Assembly: GCA_951804945.1 (NCBI GenBank)
Contig: OX638152.1
Location: 46,872,001 to 46,936,000, forward strand
Direction of reading: 5' to 3'
DNA: 64,000 nucleotides
From: Podarcis cretensis
Lineage: Eukaryota
A program made the position numbers and the translations under genes. The notes below the pieces were generated by a model, which was not told the DNA's origin, made no database searches, and saw nothing but the letters and a program-made list of their open reading frames with translations. Below are positions 51,823-64,000 of the stretch, in pieces; the stretch's first letter is position 1, and every line of letters begins with the position of its first letter.

Positions 51823-53337
51823 TTAATTTTTGAATGAAAGGAGGGAAGGGAAGGGTCAAGCTCATTTAAGAAAAGGTGATCTGATAGATATGTAACAGGG
51901 GTGTAACAGGATGCCTTGAACAACAAATGTGACATGTGCACACAGCAAATTAGGTGAACAGTCTATAACAGGGATAGAAGAAGCACTCTTGTTGCATGAA
52001 CCTGTTTTGAGAAAAACAAGGAGACCCAAGTCTGAGTCACTAGAAATTTGTTTGAATTCCGGTTGATAAAACTTATCAAGGTGAGTGTGTAACAGAAGTG
52101 GGGCGAAAGGTGGTCACACAGTTGGTGCAATTTTTCTTGGAATATCTTGTTTTCATTTGTCAAAATGTCAACCAAAAATAAAGTGCATTCACATCTTCAC
52201 AGTAGCTGCAAAAGTATTCACAACTGTGCTTATTTGTGAGCAAGCTTAATGCTGGCAAGGGTGCTGCTGATATTTTCTAACAATAAATTTTGCTTGACAG
52301 ATTGTATCAATCATGCAGATGTTGAGGTAATCATATTCCTGCACGATGAGTATTGGCAGAACAAAAATATATCTTGAGAGTCTTGCCATTGCATACAGAA
52401 TTTCCGTCAGCCTGGGCAAACTGGATAACAACTGAGTATTTGCTCGCCATATCCTTATCAAAATGGGTAAGAAATGCCACCTTGGAGATTTTGCCTAAAC
52501 CAATGTGGACTAGGAAGGGGCAAGCTGTGGAAACCACAGGATAACTATTTGTCTTAATAGTGGCTTTTAACTGTACTTATTACTTTCCTCGTCCACGCAT
52601 ATGTTGGGTAGGTTGGTTCAACCTGCCATTTCAGCCACAGTTCATTTACTTTTCACATCACTTTAATCACACTAACTATAATAGCTAGCTTTATGTTAGG
52701 TCTGCTAAGGAAATGATAATGGCAGAGTCATTTCAAGGTTTTGTTTTGCAAATAGGTTTGGTCTAAATGAAAGCTGTAGAAATGTGTGAAAATATGTTGC
52801 TTAGAATGGGCTGTTTATGCATTAATAGTAACTCAACTTGTATTGAGTATTAAATTTATGTGAATGGCTTTATTTCTGACCATGCCTGGCATATGTTCAA
52901 GTTCAGGAAGAATCTACAAAGAAGCTAGGATAAGTTCTGCTTCTCTGACCATCAGTAAATATCTTCAGAAATTTGCAAGTTAAGCGTGGAGATCCTTAAG
53001 CATAAAATTTGGCCCTTTGTGATTAAAGGCTTCATGTGGATAAATATATTATTTCAACCAATGTGCTACAAATTACCTTTCAAAACAGAGTAGGTTAGAA
53101 GGGCAGGGTGAGTGGGCAGGATGCACAATTATAAAGAAAGGTTTATTACTTTGTAGCCTTCTGCTGGAATCACTGGTACAGTCAATATCACATTAGTGTA
53201 ACTGATGAGCAGACAGAGTGCTTCTTCTTGCACTTGAGTGTTAAGTCTTTGTATAATCTGAATAATTAGAAGGGGTTCAACCACTATATGCTGCACTGAT
53301 ATGTTGCTGGGGTAAGAGACAGACTAATGAACAGTAC

Positions 53338-53364
53338 CTGCAGGGGTGAAGGTGAAGGACTGAA
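53338..53364 (-). CDS. ROBO2: ROBO2 27-nt juxtamembrane microexon (VQSFTFTPA)
   Basis: tacttttcttgttttgcag | TTCAGTCCTTCACCTTCACCCCTGCAG | gtactg; symmetric phase 1; paralogous to ROBO1 VPSFTFTPT. Confidence 0.9.
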
Positions 53365-55669
53365 CTGCAAAACAAGAAAAGTAAATACATTGTGAGTTAT
53401 AAACCCCATTAAGAAGTGCGCCAATTAAAGGGCACAAGTGCCCTTCAGAATTGACTTATGTATGTAGCTCAAAATCTTGTGCAGATTATAGCAACTCAGC
53501 TTTAAGCACTAGCCAGCCAGCAGCCCATGAAAAATAAAGGATTGAAAAGAGGTGGAAGGCGATTTTGACAATTATATTGAATAATAACCGGCAACATGGA
53601 CATGCAATCCATCTCATAGATGCTATGACCAGCTTTGAAATGTAACTGCTTATGAGATTTTACTGTCGAACAAATGCAATGTTTGAAAATTAATGGACAA
53701 CCCTGTGTCACAATACAGCAGCCAGCCACATACTGAGCAGGGTCACTTAAAATGTCATGAATGCCAGTACCATATACATAACTATTTGGGGGCAATGAGC
53801 CTTCTAACTTAGATATTCCACAGTTTTGGGTGCTGACAAATGGATATGGCTGTCAGCTAGAAACCAAATTTTCTACATATTTTTTGCTGCATAAATATTT
53901 ACATATATGGTAAAATCACATATTGTTAGATGATACAAGCCTGTTCACAGAAACATGCTGTTATACATAACACAAAAGCCAAACAACTGAAGACATGAAA
54001 CATTTCATTAGCAATTAAGAAGTATACATGTGTATTTAGCACATCTGATGTATACAGAAATATAGCATAAAATAGTGAATCTACTAAACCCATAAAGTCT
54101 TATTAATAGCTATCTAACGTAAGGAGGTGACAACACATTGCAGCTTTCAGTGTCACTGATCTTGATGTATCTAACTTCTGAACAGAGTTTGGTGATTTGT
54201 TTAAAAAAAATAATCAGAGAAAGCAGAAGCTACCATCATATATATGCACATTAATTAAAAGGAAAGGAAGAAAAACATGTGCAAACAGCATAGCCTATGA
54301 ATAATGTAGCTTCACCACCGTGGTCATTCAGGCACTGTATATAATTAATAAGAAATCAACAGGATTCTGGAGTTAGATTTGTGTAGCACACAGCCAGAAG
54401 TAAATCTGCTTGAATTGCCCTGAGTGCATAAATCATTAGAGATATTTTCTTTATCAGAAAAGATATGGCACCTAAACTGATGGTTGAACTTTATGGAAAT
54501 GCAGATTCATTAATAAGAGTTTCTGATTCACCTGCCATGGAAAGCACGGCTCTAGCACTTTTACTACACACAACAATATATAAAGGGGGCTATAGGTAGG
54601 AAGGGTTGTTTTTATAATAAAAAACTGTTGTTTTTCTGTTGGTTTCAACACAGCTGTGAACTATGTGTTTACACCCAGAACCACACTGCAACAAGTTACT
54701 ACTCAACATGAGACAAAATTCTGAGGAACACATTCTACAAAGCCTTTGCTTTCATAACATGGATACAGAACTTCATCTGATCCAAAATAATTTTCACACA
54801 GTGAAAATTAAAGGATTTTGAGGTGCCAGTGTTCATGCCTATGCATCTGTTTCTTTTATGAGCTATGGAATGCATCGTGCATGGAACAGGAAAGCCTTAT
54901 ATACCTCTGGATTGTTGTATTTAATACAAGAGAAAGGAAGGCTTACTCATGAAGTGAATGATGCTCTGAATCAGGGGTATCCAATGTAATGCCCTCCAGA
55001 TGTTTTGGACTACAGATCCCATCATCTCGGGTCTATAGCCATGCTGACTGGTGCCAATGGGAGTAGTAGTCCACCCCTGGAGGGCATCACGTTAGCTATC
55101 CCTGTTGTAAATACCATCCAGTTCAGTGAAACCTTAGTGAATACAAAGTTGGGACACTGTGATGCACTGGATCTACATTTTCTATATTCCTTTTCATCTA
55201 TTCATACTATAAGACTGGATCACGCCTTAATTATGTTTGCTTCAAAGAACTAAAACATAATGGTTCTCATCTAGTTACAATTATTCAAAACTGTGACTAA
55301 AACCAATGGAAGGAAGTAATTCTTCGAAGAAGACTCTGTTCTAAGTAATTTAAGTGAAATAGGTGCCATTTTATTTTGCTTGTTCATGTTTCAAGCTTCA
55401 CAATCCTCTGAAATACTGAACGTGGAAATACATACACTTCTTTTCACACCAAGACCTGAATGAAATAGGATTGAATAAGAATGAATAAGATTCCTGAGTG
55501 TCTTACATATATCAGATGTATTTATTATGGGAATATTAATTTTTTTGCAGTAATGTGATGCAGAGCATTACTGAGCAAGCATACAACAATCACCCATTCC
55601 ACTCTTCATTTCATGAGCTAGCAATGTTTTTGACTGAACATGTGTTTAGAAAACAGCTCTTGTTCTTAC

Positions 55670-55852
55670 CTGCATAATTGCTGAGGCCCTTCCTCTTCTT
55701 TCTGCGCCAGTACAGCCAGATGCTGAAACCCATGAGTATTACCCAGCATGCACCACCAATTCCAGCTATAAAGGCAGGCTGCTTGACAACATCCGTTATT
55801 TGCTCAGTGATACTATTGTTGTTTTCCGTGATGACAACTTCATTACGACTTC
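55670..55852 (-). CDS. ROBO2: ROBO2 transmembrane exon (183 nt)
   Basis: gagcag | (G)[60 protein letters not shown] | gtaaga; not in ORF track. Confidence 0.97.
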
Positions 55853-56694
55853 CTGCTCAAAAATAAAACAAAAACAAAACTGATGACACCAAACATTACA
55901 GATGCTTAAAGACAGAGGTGATGAAGGTTCTTAAAATCCAGGGAAAAAATAGCCACAATTCTCTCACACAGTAACTATACTTTACAACAGAAATGGTCTG
56001 CTGGATTAAGACTTTACTCTCCCTCTCCACAAACTGTTGGAGAATGCTGGATGAAATTCTGTGCCTAGATTGGAAGCTAGAGCTCTCAATGAACAAGGCT
56101 CATCTTCCCTCCTCACCATGATGTTCTCCTTGTATGGTGTTGGAGTCTGTCTGCCTGGCTTTAGACAGATTATTTTCTAGCTGTAGATTGAAACAAATCA
56201 CTGCAAATTGATTTTGGGTCCACCTGATGCTGCTCTGTCGTGATCTGTAGCTGTCTTGACCTGATCTGGATTTGGCACAAGTTGGACCAATTAGATTCAT
56301 GATTTGCACAAACTGTCTGCTCAGCCCTAATACTACAAACCTTTACTAAGCAACACAACTAACATGTAGCAGAAAGAATATGCTGACTGGCATTGTTTGA
56401 AAAATTGCTGCTTCTCTGCCTCATTTCTTCCCTCCTTTTAGCGGAGAAAGTAGCCACGGGTTAAGTCACAAACCAAAGACCCAGTGTAAATATCTGCTAG
56501 CAAGTCAATGATATAGTGTGTGGCCTGTAAACTGGCAAATGCTGTAGTTAACTAGCCGTTTGAATGGCTCAGCAATATTAGGCTCCGTTCCAAGTTCTGC
56601 CACAGAATGTGAACAATTGTGTAATTAAAAGGTCTAATCCAAAAAATAAATTATTTCCCTTACAAAATAATCCTGCATTTTGGAGCATGCTATC

Positions 56695-57050
56695 CCTGTG
56701 TAAAATCTCAGCGCCTAGGAATTGCCGATCGCATGGCTGGCGGTTCGAATCCCCGCGGCGGGGTGCGCTCCCGTTGCTCAGTCCCAGCGCCTGCCAACCT
56801 AGCAGTTCGAAAGCACCCCCGGGTGCAAGTAGATAAATAGGGACCGCTTACTAGCAGGAAGGTAAACGGCGTTTCCGTGTGCGGCTCTGGCTCGCCAGAG
56901 TAGCTTCGTCACACTGGCCACGTGACCTGGAAGTGTCTGCGGACAGCGCTGGCTCCCGGCCTATAGAGTGAGATGAGCGCACAACCCTAGAGTCTGGCAA
57001 GACTGGCCCGTACGGGCAGGGGTACCTTTACCTTTACCTTTACCTTTACC
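56695..57050 (+). mobile_element. Sauria SINE (5' end clipped), CpG-rich and young
   Basis: Homologous to 42528-42877; (ACCTTT)n tail. Confidence 0.93.
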
Positions 57051-57811
57051 CCCAATTATACAACAATTTAAAGCCCTTTGATGTAGAATGATTGTATTTC
57101 TGTAATTTATTGGAATATAGTTGCCAAGCTATGTAATACCTGAGCTCCTTAGCTTATTTCCTGTCATATTGCTGTTATTTTTGGAAGAAAATACTTACTT
57201 AAAGCTATAATCTTACAGAATGTGTGTGAAAACAGCGACCACATAATTGCACAGTGCAAATGGTTATAATGTTATATCATTGTGCCTTGCTTTGAAAAAC
57301 AAGCAAACATGTTTTTCCTTTTCAGAATGATTAAAATTGTAGTTCATTTTTTGGAAGGAAGCAGTGCTATGTCAGCATATTTATTCAAGCCTCAGGTAAG
57401 TAAAAATAAGGTCATTTGTTAAACTGATTGCAAATGACTAAAGGCTAGGTGTGTTATTTCCGACTCCTACCCTTTCATTGCCAGATAAGAGAATGAAAAT
57501 AGCATTCTGTAAATGGTTATCAAAGCCTAGTAACATCTGCATCCATTTTATTTTATTAGATTATGCATCCTTAAGACCTGCTCAGCCTGTGTCAGCTTCA
57601 CAAATGCAATTCCATATTGTCTAAGCAAAAGTAACCCTCACATTCTTACTGAAACTACAATTTCACACAGTAAATATAAATGAATTATACTTGCAAAGGA
57701 CAAGAAGGAGCTTGTTCCACAGTAGATAAGGAAATATCAGGTTTCTCCACTTGCCAATCTCAAACTTTAACTTGCTGCCACTATTTAAAAAGATCCTAGC
57801 TGCTGCACTGT

Positions 57812-57869
57812 ATCAAGTACCACTCTATGATGGAATCAAGTACCACTCTATGATGGTACTCTATGATGG
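57812..57869. repeat. Short tandem duplication (23-bp unit plus partial copy)
   Basis: atcaagtaccactctatgatgga x2, then actctatgatgg. Confidence 0.9.
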
Positions 57870-57912
57870 CATACCTTCCAACATTTTGTTGAATAAAATT
57901 ATAACATTTATA

Positions 57913-57992
57913 CAGGGTGAGTCTTTTAAAAGAGGCCCCGTGGAACATGTGTTCTCTGTATCCACGGGGCCTTTTTTAAAGGACTTACCCTG
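57913..57992. mobile_element. 80-bp palindromic Tc1/mariner MITE
   Basis: ta-CAGGGTGAGTCTTTTAAAAGAGGCCCCGTGGA...TCCACGGGGCCTTTTTTAAAGGACTTACCCTG-ta. Confidence 0.88.
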
Positions 57993-58090
57993 TAATAACC
58001 CTGTTGTCAAAGGATGGATCACTTGTCTTAGTCCCATCTACTATTTCACATTACTCAAAGTTGCCATTTTGTCTCAGTATGAAATATTCA

Positions 58091-58470
58091 GTAAAGGCAA
58101 AGGACCCCTGGACAGTTAAGTCCAGTCAAAGGTAACAATGGGGTGTGGTGCTCATCTCACTTTCAGGCTGAGGGAGCCAGCGTTTGTCCACAGACAACTT
58201 GCTGGGTCATGTGGCCAGCATGACTAAACCACTTCTGGCTCAGCAGGACACTGTGACGAGTGCTAGAGCACACGGAAACACTGTTCACCTGTCTGCTGCA
58301 ACAGTACCTATTCATCTACTAGCACAGGTATGCTTTCAAACTGCTAGATTGGTAGGAGATGGGACAGAGAAATAGGAGCTCACCCCATCATGCAGACTCA
58401 AACTGTTGACCTTCCAATCGATAAGCCCAAGGGGCTCAGTGGTTTAGACCACAGCGCCACCTGCGTCCCT
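58091..58470 (-). mobile_element. Sauria SINE, older, reverse orientation
   Basis: Reverse complement of the 42528 element (gtcatgtggccagcatgactaa; accacagcgccacctgcgtccc). Confidence 0.92.
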
Positions 58471-60165
58471 ACAATATATTCAATTACTCAGCTATTGCCT
58501 GCCATTGACCAATTTAAAAGGCAGGCTGTATGCTACATGGTGTTTTAGTGTTCAACTGCACTCATGTATGACCCCCTACTTTAAGATTTAACTTCTGTGG
58601 GCATGGGAAGGGAGCTGAATGCTGAAGAATGAAACATTTAGTAACCTACATGAAACATTTTAGTAAAGGATCTCCAAAGCACCAAAACAGGACTGTGATT
58701 TACTAAGATTAGTGCAAAACAGAGTATATATGATAGGGCTGTCAGTAGGGATGTTACTTTTTCCATGCATTGTCTCAAAAAAGTCCTTTGAATGGCTCAG
58801 CACTAGAGGTAGGTATGCAAGTTTTACCACAGTGAAGCATAGTATTTGAGCATAAATAAATCAAATTTATTGAAAATACAGTCACTTGTGGTTTCTGACA
58901 GACTTCAGGAAATTAGATTGGCCCATTACAATATACTGAACATACTTCACTGATCTCTTTTATTTTTAACTTTTTTTTAAATCAGCTAAGTCAATGGAAA
59001 CACGCACTTCTGATTCCCACTGACCTAATTCCTCCCTATCAATTTTAAACCATATCAGTGATGCTTCACCAGAGCTCAACATTTTAATTGAAGGCCCCTT
59101 GGCCAAATTTTCTAAACAAGATGAAAGTACAACTTTTCTAAACTAAAAGTTTGGTCATGAAGCTACATCTACTAGTACGTTCACTGACTGTGGGCTGTGG
59201 ATATCCTTTTAACACAATGTGGCTAATTTGATCTGATGTCCTTTAGTGCAGCTTGGCAAGCCTCATACTTCAAGTTGGCTTAACTGCTCTGATGTCACAG
59301 AAAAAAACCCCCCAGGGCAATCTAAGCTTAAGAAGCTTAGGGGCAACTAGCAGACATCTGAATTGGAATCGGAGGGTAAATAAGCAGTGTGTGTTAAATA
59401 AACAACTTCAGCATTGCATGGATACTATGAGATTCTAAATTACACTTTGTTGGTTCAAATCCACAAAGTAGTTCTGAAGCCTTTCAGGGGAAACAGAAAA
59501 CCTCTTCCTGCTTATAGTATGTGACAGAGAAGGAAATACTTGAAATCCAAAGGGAATGGCACAAGGCTGTAACAAAGAAGTCACTGTAATTTGTAGTGTC
59601 CACATTACAGAATGCATTAGGTTTCTCCTGACAGCCTGCTGAGTAGTGACTGTGGCTCTAAGTAGCATTACTTTTCCTTTTCATTACTTTCCCCCATTCC
59701 TGTGGCCTGCACCCATGCTAGGCTGGTGATGGAATGGCATCTTATTCCCTGTGCGCTGTGCACCTTAAAACTGCACCAACCACATCCCCTAAGAGTTCAA
59801 AAATGCCTTTTCATTTAACTGAAGAGCTGAAAGAAAAAACTTCAAGGGAGTTTTAGAGGACTGCAAAGCCTCCCACAGGGTCTTCCTTAAGAAAGTGTGT
59901 TTCCAAATTAGGTCAGCACACTTTTAAGTTAGCATTCTGGCAGCCTGTTCTACCCTTCAGTGCCTTGCAATTACATGAGCAAAAGTAATAATTCATTTAA
60001 ATGTCAGAATAACATATGCTTTGTGATTTCAGCAGCTGAACATAAATGAATATGGATGTACATTTCCCATTGATGTTCAACAGAATTAATGTAAGTGTTA
60101 AGATTTGGAGAAAAACGGCATTAATTTGATATTTCTTTACATTATATTTAATCAGAAGATAGCTA

Positions 60166-60192
60166 GATAGATAGATAGATAGATAGGTAGAT

Positions 60193-60233
<41 letters not shown>
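60166..60233. repeat. (GATA)n microsatellite
   Basis: Directly visible, two interruptions. Confidence 0.95.
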
Positions 60234-60840
60234 CTATAAAGCCAGGCTTTATCAGTGTATTGCTTCATATACTGCAGGTGTTTCTATAACAATGCTGTCA
60301 GTTCAGCTAATTAAAATATAGACGAGGTATGTGTGCGACCTGCAACGCTCCATTGTTTCAGCAGACAAAATATAATGAAATATAATGTCTTCCTCCCATT
60401 GGAGAGTAATGAAGAACAAAACTAATTTGCTGGACCAAAAATTAATTAGACACATCAGATTTGATTGCACCTATTACTGTGAAAGTTTACAGCTGTTTCT
60501 GATATTATTACACCAACGATTGAGTCTATGCACAAGTTAACTGTTAAGTGAAGTAGCAGAACCTTATGAGGAGCCATCAGATTAGGTTCTTCTTTTTTAT
60601 TCCTGATTCACTTTGATTTTATCCCTCCTTGACTGTAGCCTCACAAAACTATGATCTATTAAATTAATGGTTTGCATTTACTAACATGCCTTTTGCCATA
60701 GCTTCTCCTTATTTCAGTACTTTGAATTTTGAAGGATGTGGTGAGAGAGTAAAAAGATGCCTGCATCACAAACTACCGTGTCACTTCTGACCACTTCTCT
60801 CTCAACTTCTTCTTTAATCTGTTTTGCATTTTTCAGTATA

Positions 60841-61065
60841 CAGTAAACCCAAACTTACGTGGGGATTACTTTCTGGGAATCACACCTGAAATCAAAATTG
60901 CATATAATCAAAACACATTGGATGCAATGGGGGTGGGATTGCCAAAGTCTTTTCCCCCAGACTCTGGCCCGTTTATACTCCCTTTTTAATTTCTGTATGT
61001 ATTTTTTGTCAAGTGCGTAAAGCTGAATGCACACAAGTTAAATCACACAAGTTGTGGGCTTACTG
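60841..61065. mobile_element. Tigger-like MITE, old
   Basis: ta-cagtaaaccc...gggcttactg-ta termini. Confidence 0.65.
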
Positions 61066-61138
61066 TATTATACACTGTATTGCATGGCCTTTTGTCCACC
61101 CAACATCTATCTAATGTATTTTCAGGGTGTTTTGGGAC

Positions 61139-61172
<34 letters not shown>

Positions 61173-61475
61173 TTATACCCCGCCCATCTGGCTGGGTTTT
61201 CCCAGCCACGATGGGCAGCTGCCAACAGAATATTAAAAACACGATAAAACATCAAACATTAAAAAAATTCCCTAAACAGGTCTGCCTTCAGATGTCTTCT
61301 AAAAGTCAGGTAGTTCTTTATTTCCTTGACATCTGATGGGAGGGTTTTCCACAGGGCAGGCGCCACTACCGAGAAGGCCCTCTGCCTGGTTCCCTGTAAC
61401 CTCACTTCTTGCAGGGAGGGAACCGCCAGAAGGCCCTCGGAGTTGGACCTTAGTGTCCAGGCTGAATGATGGGGA
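61139..61475 (-). mobile_element. L2 LINE 3' end with (TAA)n tail
   Basis: RAFSVVAPALWKTLP...FRRHLKADLF (ORF 61259-61480); same tail fragment at 48386-48440. Confidence 0.9.
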
Positions 61476-63372
61476 AACATTATTTCCAGGCAAGTTGTAG
61501 GTCCTCATCATAGGGACTGTGCTCCATAAAGTGCCATGTTACATGTTACATAGTAGTAGCAGTAACCAACAGTAGATGCAGAAAGACTTTTGAGAATGCT
61601 GAAGAGAATGTGGAAGCTGTAGTCTTGACTGAAAGCAAATGGCATGTGCTGCTACTTTCCTTGTTTCCGTGCAGCATGAGCTGTCTCTAAGCAATATAGA
61701 CATTGCAGAATAACACCTGGTTTCAGTGTGGTATAGTGGATAAACTACTGAGATCAGAGCTGTACGTAGGGTCCCTCGTGCTCTTGGCAAGGAGCTGTAT
61801 TGGGTCCCCCCGAAAAAACCACCTTACTGCAATAGTCACATTAGAAATTACTACATTTTACGTGGCACGAGTACCTGAAGTGTCTGGAGTAACAATGAGG
61901 TGAGGAGGAAGGCAAAAAAAATAAAAAATAAAAACAAAATGCATGCCTTTGTGCCACATTGTGATAAGGACAGGAAGTTCCACATTTGATGTTCTGCAAC
62001 AGCGGTGGCACGTCACCGTGAATGTACACACTGTACACTCCATCCAGGTGATTTTTGCTCCCCCCCCCCTGTATCCCCAGTGGGGGCTGATTTTTCCAAC
62101 TCCTAGGTACACCTCTGACTGAGCTTGGATCAGAATTGAGTTCAAATTCTCATTCAGTCATGACACTAGACTGGTCACTCTCTCTCAGCAGAAACTATCT
62201 CAAAGGGCTAGAATGAGGATAAATATATACTGCCATATATCCTGCACCCCATGTATACTGCATACATAAGTGCTCGTTACTCAACAGAAGAGCAGGATAC
62301 AAGTAAGGGATATGCAGCTTTATCAATTCTGTCTCAATCCACTTTATATAGAAAAATATACGTATAATTAAAGCACATCAAATTGGCATTAATTTATGCA
62401 TCAAAAACCATCATTTTGTAAAGCCCTCTTGAGATTGCACCATTCAAACTGCAGGTGTGGTGTTCTGCTTCAATGCTATCAATATTTTTAAGAAAGATCT
62501 TCCCTAGATGTAGACAACTAGCACATCAAACCAAAGGGTAGAGACAATATTTTTCTCTCTCTGATATGCTAGTTTTAAAAATACATATACCGGTAAGTAT
62601 TTTTTTTTTACCTGAGGGAAAGTTTAAATATGCAAATCACCTTCTGTAGTACCAACAGAACTCTACATATGAATATTCCAAATTTATGGAGTTGTTCTTT
62701 TTTTAAAAAAATGCAGATTTTCTATATTATAAATATTTCCAAACAGCAATGAAGCACACAACTGAGTGCAGTTTTACTGCATATTTCATACAGACAAAGC
62801 ATGTTTTTTCCAATTTATGCTTGAGAATTTTCTCAGAAGGATAAGGTTCTAGGTTTGCCTTAGGTTATGAAATTAATTCAGCATGGAAACTACTAATAAG
62901 AAAAAGGCAGTTCAAAGAAAAGGGATAGTATTACCAGTTTCCCTCTCTATTTTGGACTTGAGAATCTTTGTGCTTTGGCATAATATAGGATAGATCATCT
63001 GCTTAGAATAGCTGATAAACAGTAACCCACAAATGCTACAAAAACAACCTTTAAACATGGCCTTGGGCACCAGCAACCTAAGTAAAGCAATAATCTAGCA
63101 ATCTTAACAGGCTCAAGAGAAAGCTTTAGTTAGGTGTCCTATAAATCTATCAAGCTGTTGCAGTGATAAATTCATAATGCAATATTAATTTCACACAATA
63201 ATCTCTGTTTGTTAAACTCAGGAAAACCAGCCATTTAATCTGTTTTCATTTTGGAAACTTTTCTTAACTGAAAGAGTAATTCAACTATTTTATATTTTCA
63301 TCTACGACTGCAGAAAGGTATTGTAATATGCTAAGGACACAAAATACAACTGCAAGATAAATAATCACTTAC

Positions 63373-63544
63373 CAATTATTATGGGCTGAGGTTCACTTTT
63401 CACTCCAACACCAGCACTGGTACTTGCTGCAACTTCTATTCTGTATTGAATACCTGGATACAGGCCTCCAATGACAACAGATCGAATGGCTGCATCTACA
63501 GTCTTGTTGATATGAAATTTTGTTTCATTACCCAAGCACCAGAT
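63373..63544 (-). CDS. ROBO2: ROBO2 exon, end of third fibronectin-III domain (172 nt)
   Basis: tttcag | [57 protein letters not shown](G) | gtaagt; phase 0-1. Confidence 0.97.
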
Positions 63545-63881
63545 CTGAAAGAGGGAGGTTGAATTATGTAGATACAATTGATAATACCCCTTTGAGAATA
63601 CAAGGTAGTAGCAATGCTAATTACAAAAATAAATATACATAAATCTGAATTGTTATATTTTGAACTTTTAGTGAAAGAAATATTAATACATGCAACATCA
63701 TCATTATTATTATTAACTCTAAGACAGACTGATATTAACAATATTGTTTTTACTTAGGGGTAGCAGCATGTCTAATGGTCCAGGATGATGGAAATCATAG
63801 CCAACAACATCTGGAGAGAAACATTTTGGCTGTCTCTGACTAACATTGAAGTTATTCTATGCTACTAACAAAGTACTGCTT

Positions 63882-64000
63882 TGGGGGGACAGGGGGCAGG
63901 CGGATGTGGAGGACTCCCTGGTCCTGAATGGGGTAACTGTGCCCCTGAAGGACCAGGTGTGTAGCATGGGAATCATTTTGGACTCCCAGCTGTCCATGGA
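63882..64000 (+). mobile_element. L2 LINE fragment, continues past window
   Basis: LVLNGVTVPLKDQVCSMGIILDSQLSM, typical L2 RT C-terminal segment. Confidence 0.8.

Larger units (their letters stand above)
1..63544 (-). other. ROBO2: ROBO2 gene, partial (3' half; extends beyond both window ends)
   Basis: Chain of GT-AG exons with matching phases translating to FN3 end, TM helix ([23 protein letters not shown]), CC1 (TPYATTQIL), CC2 (LPPPPIQPLP) and CC3 (LPPPPDPPP), near-identical to recalled ROBO2 sequence. Confidence 0.97.

Noticed and set aside
53150-53201. Acceptor ctctgtctgctcatcag downstream of the 27-nt microexon
   Set aside because: Poor donor (AAA|gtaata) and immediate stop; likely chance.
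54532-54563. Exon-like segment ending CAG|gtgaat
   Set aside because: Three competing AGs (32, 20 or 18 nt) and a weak pyrimidine tract; cannot be supported.
55678-55866. 62-aa + strand ORF
   Set aside because: Antisense to the ROBO2 transmembrane exon.
57812-57869. Short direct repeats considered as CRISPR-like
   Set aside because: Only 2-3 adjacent units, no spacers, vertebrate intron; simple slippage duplication.

Overview
Eukaryotic (vertebrate) genomic DNA, almost certainly a squamate and probably a lacertid lizard (three Sauria SINEs, tRNA-headed SINEs with CR1 tails, squamate-type CR1/L2/L1 and palindromic hAT MITEs). The whole window lies inside the 3' half of ROBO2 (roundabout guidance receptor 2) on the minus strand: last fibronectin-III exon, transmembrane exon and the intracellular CC1, CC2 and CC3 exons. 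I resolved 11 confident exons plus a 27-nt microexon, all GT-AG and phase-compatible; the gene runs off both ends. The most interesting signals are in the splicing layer: a 41-nt stop-containing cassette candidate just upstream of the CC3 exon, a 21-nt in-frame microexon candidate, a probable regulated cassette exon hidden in the 148-N assembly gap (donor visible, UGCAUG cluster around it), and a duplicated splice donor. The introns also hold an internally deleted Academ-type DNA transposon and a nested cluster: a DIRS element with ITRs and ICR containing a hAT-like element, a Penelope palindrome with a hammerhead core, and a mariner MITE. Family names and orthologue comparisons are from recall, not from searches. 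No prokaryote-type systems (CRISPR, operons) are present.
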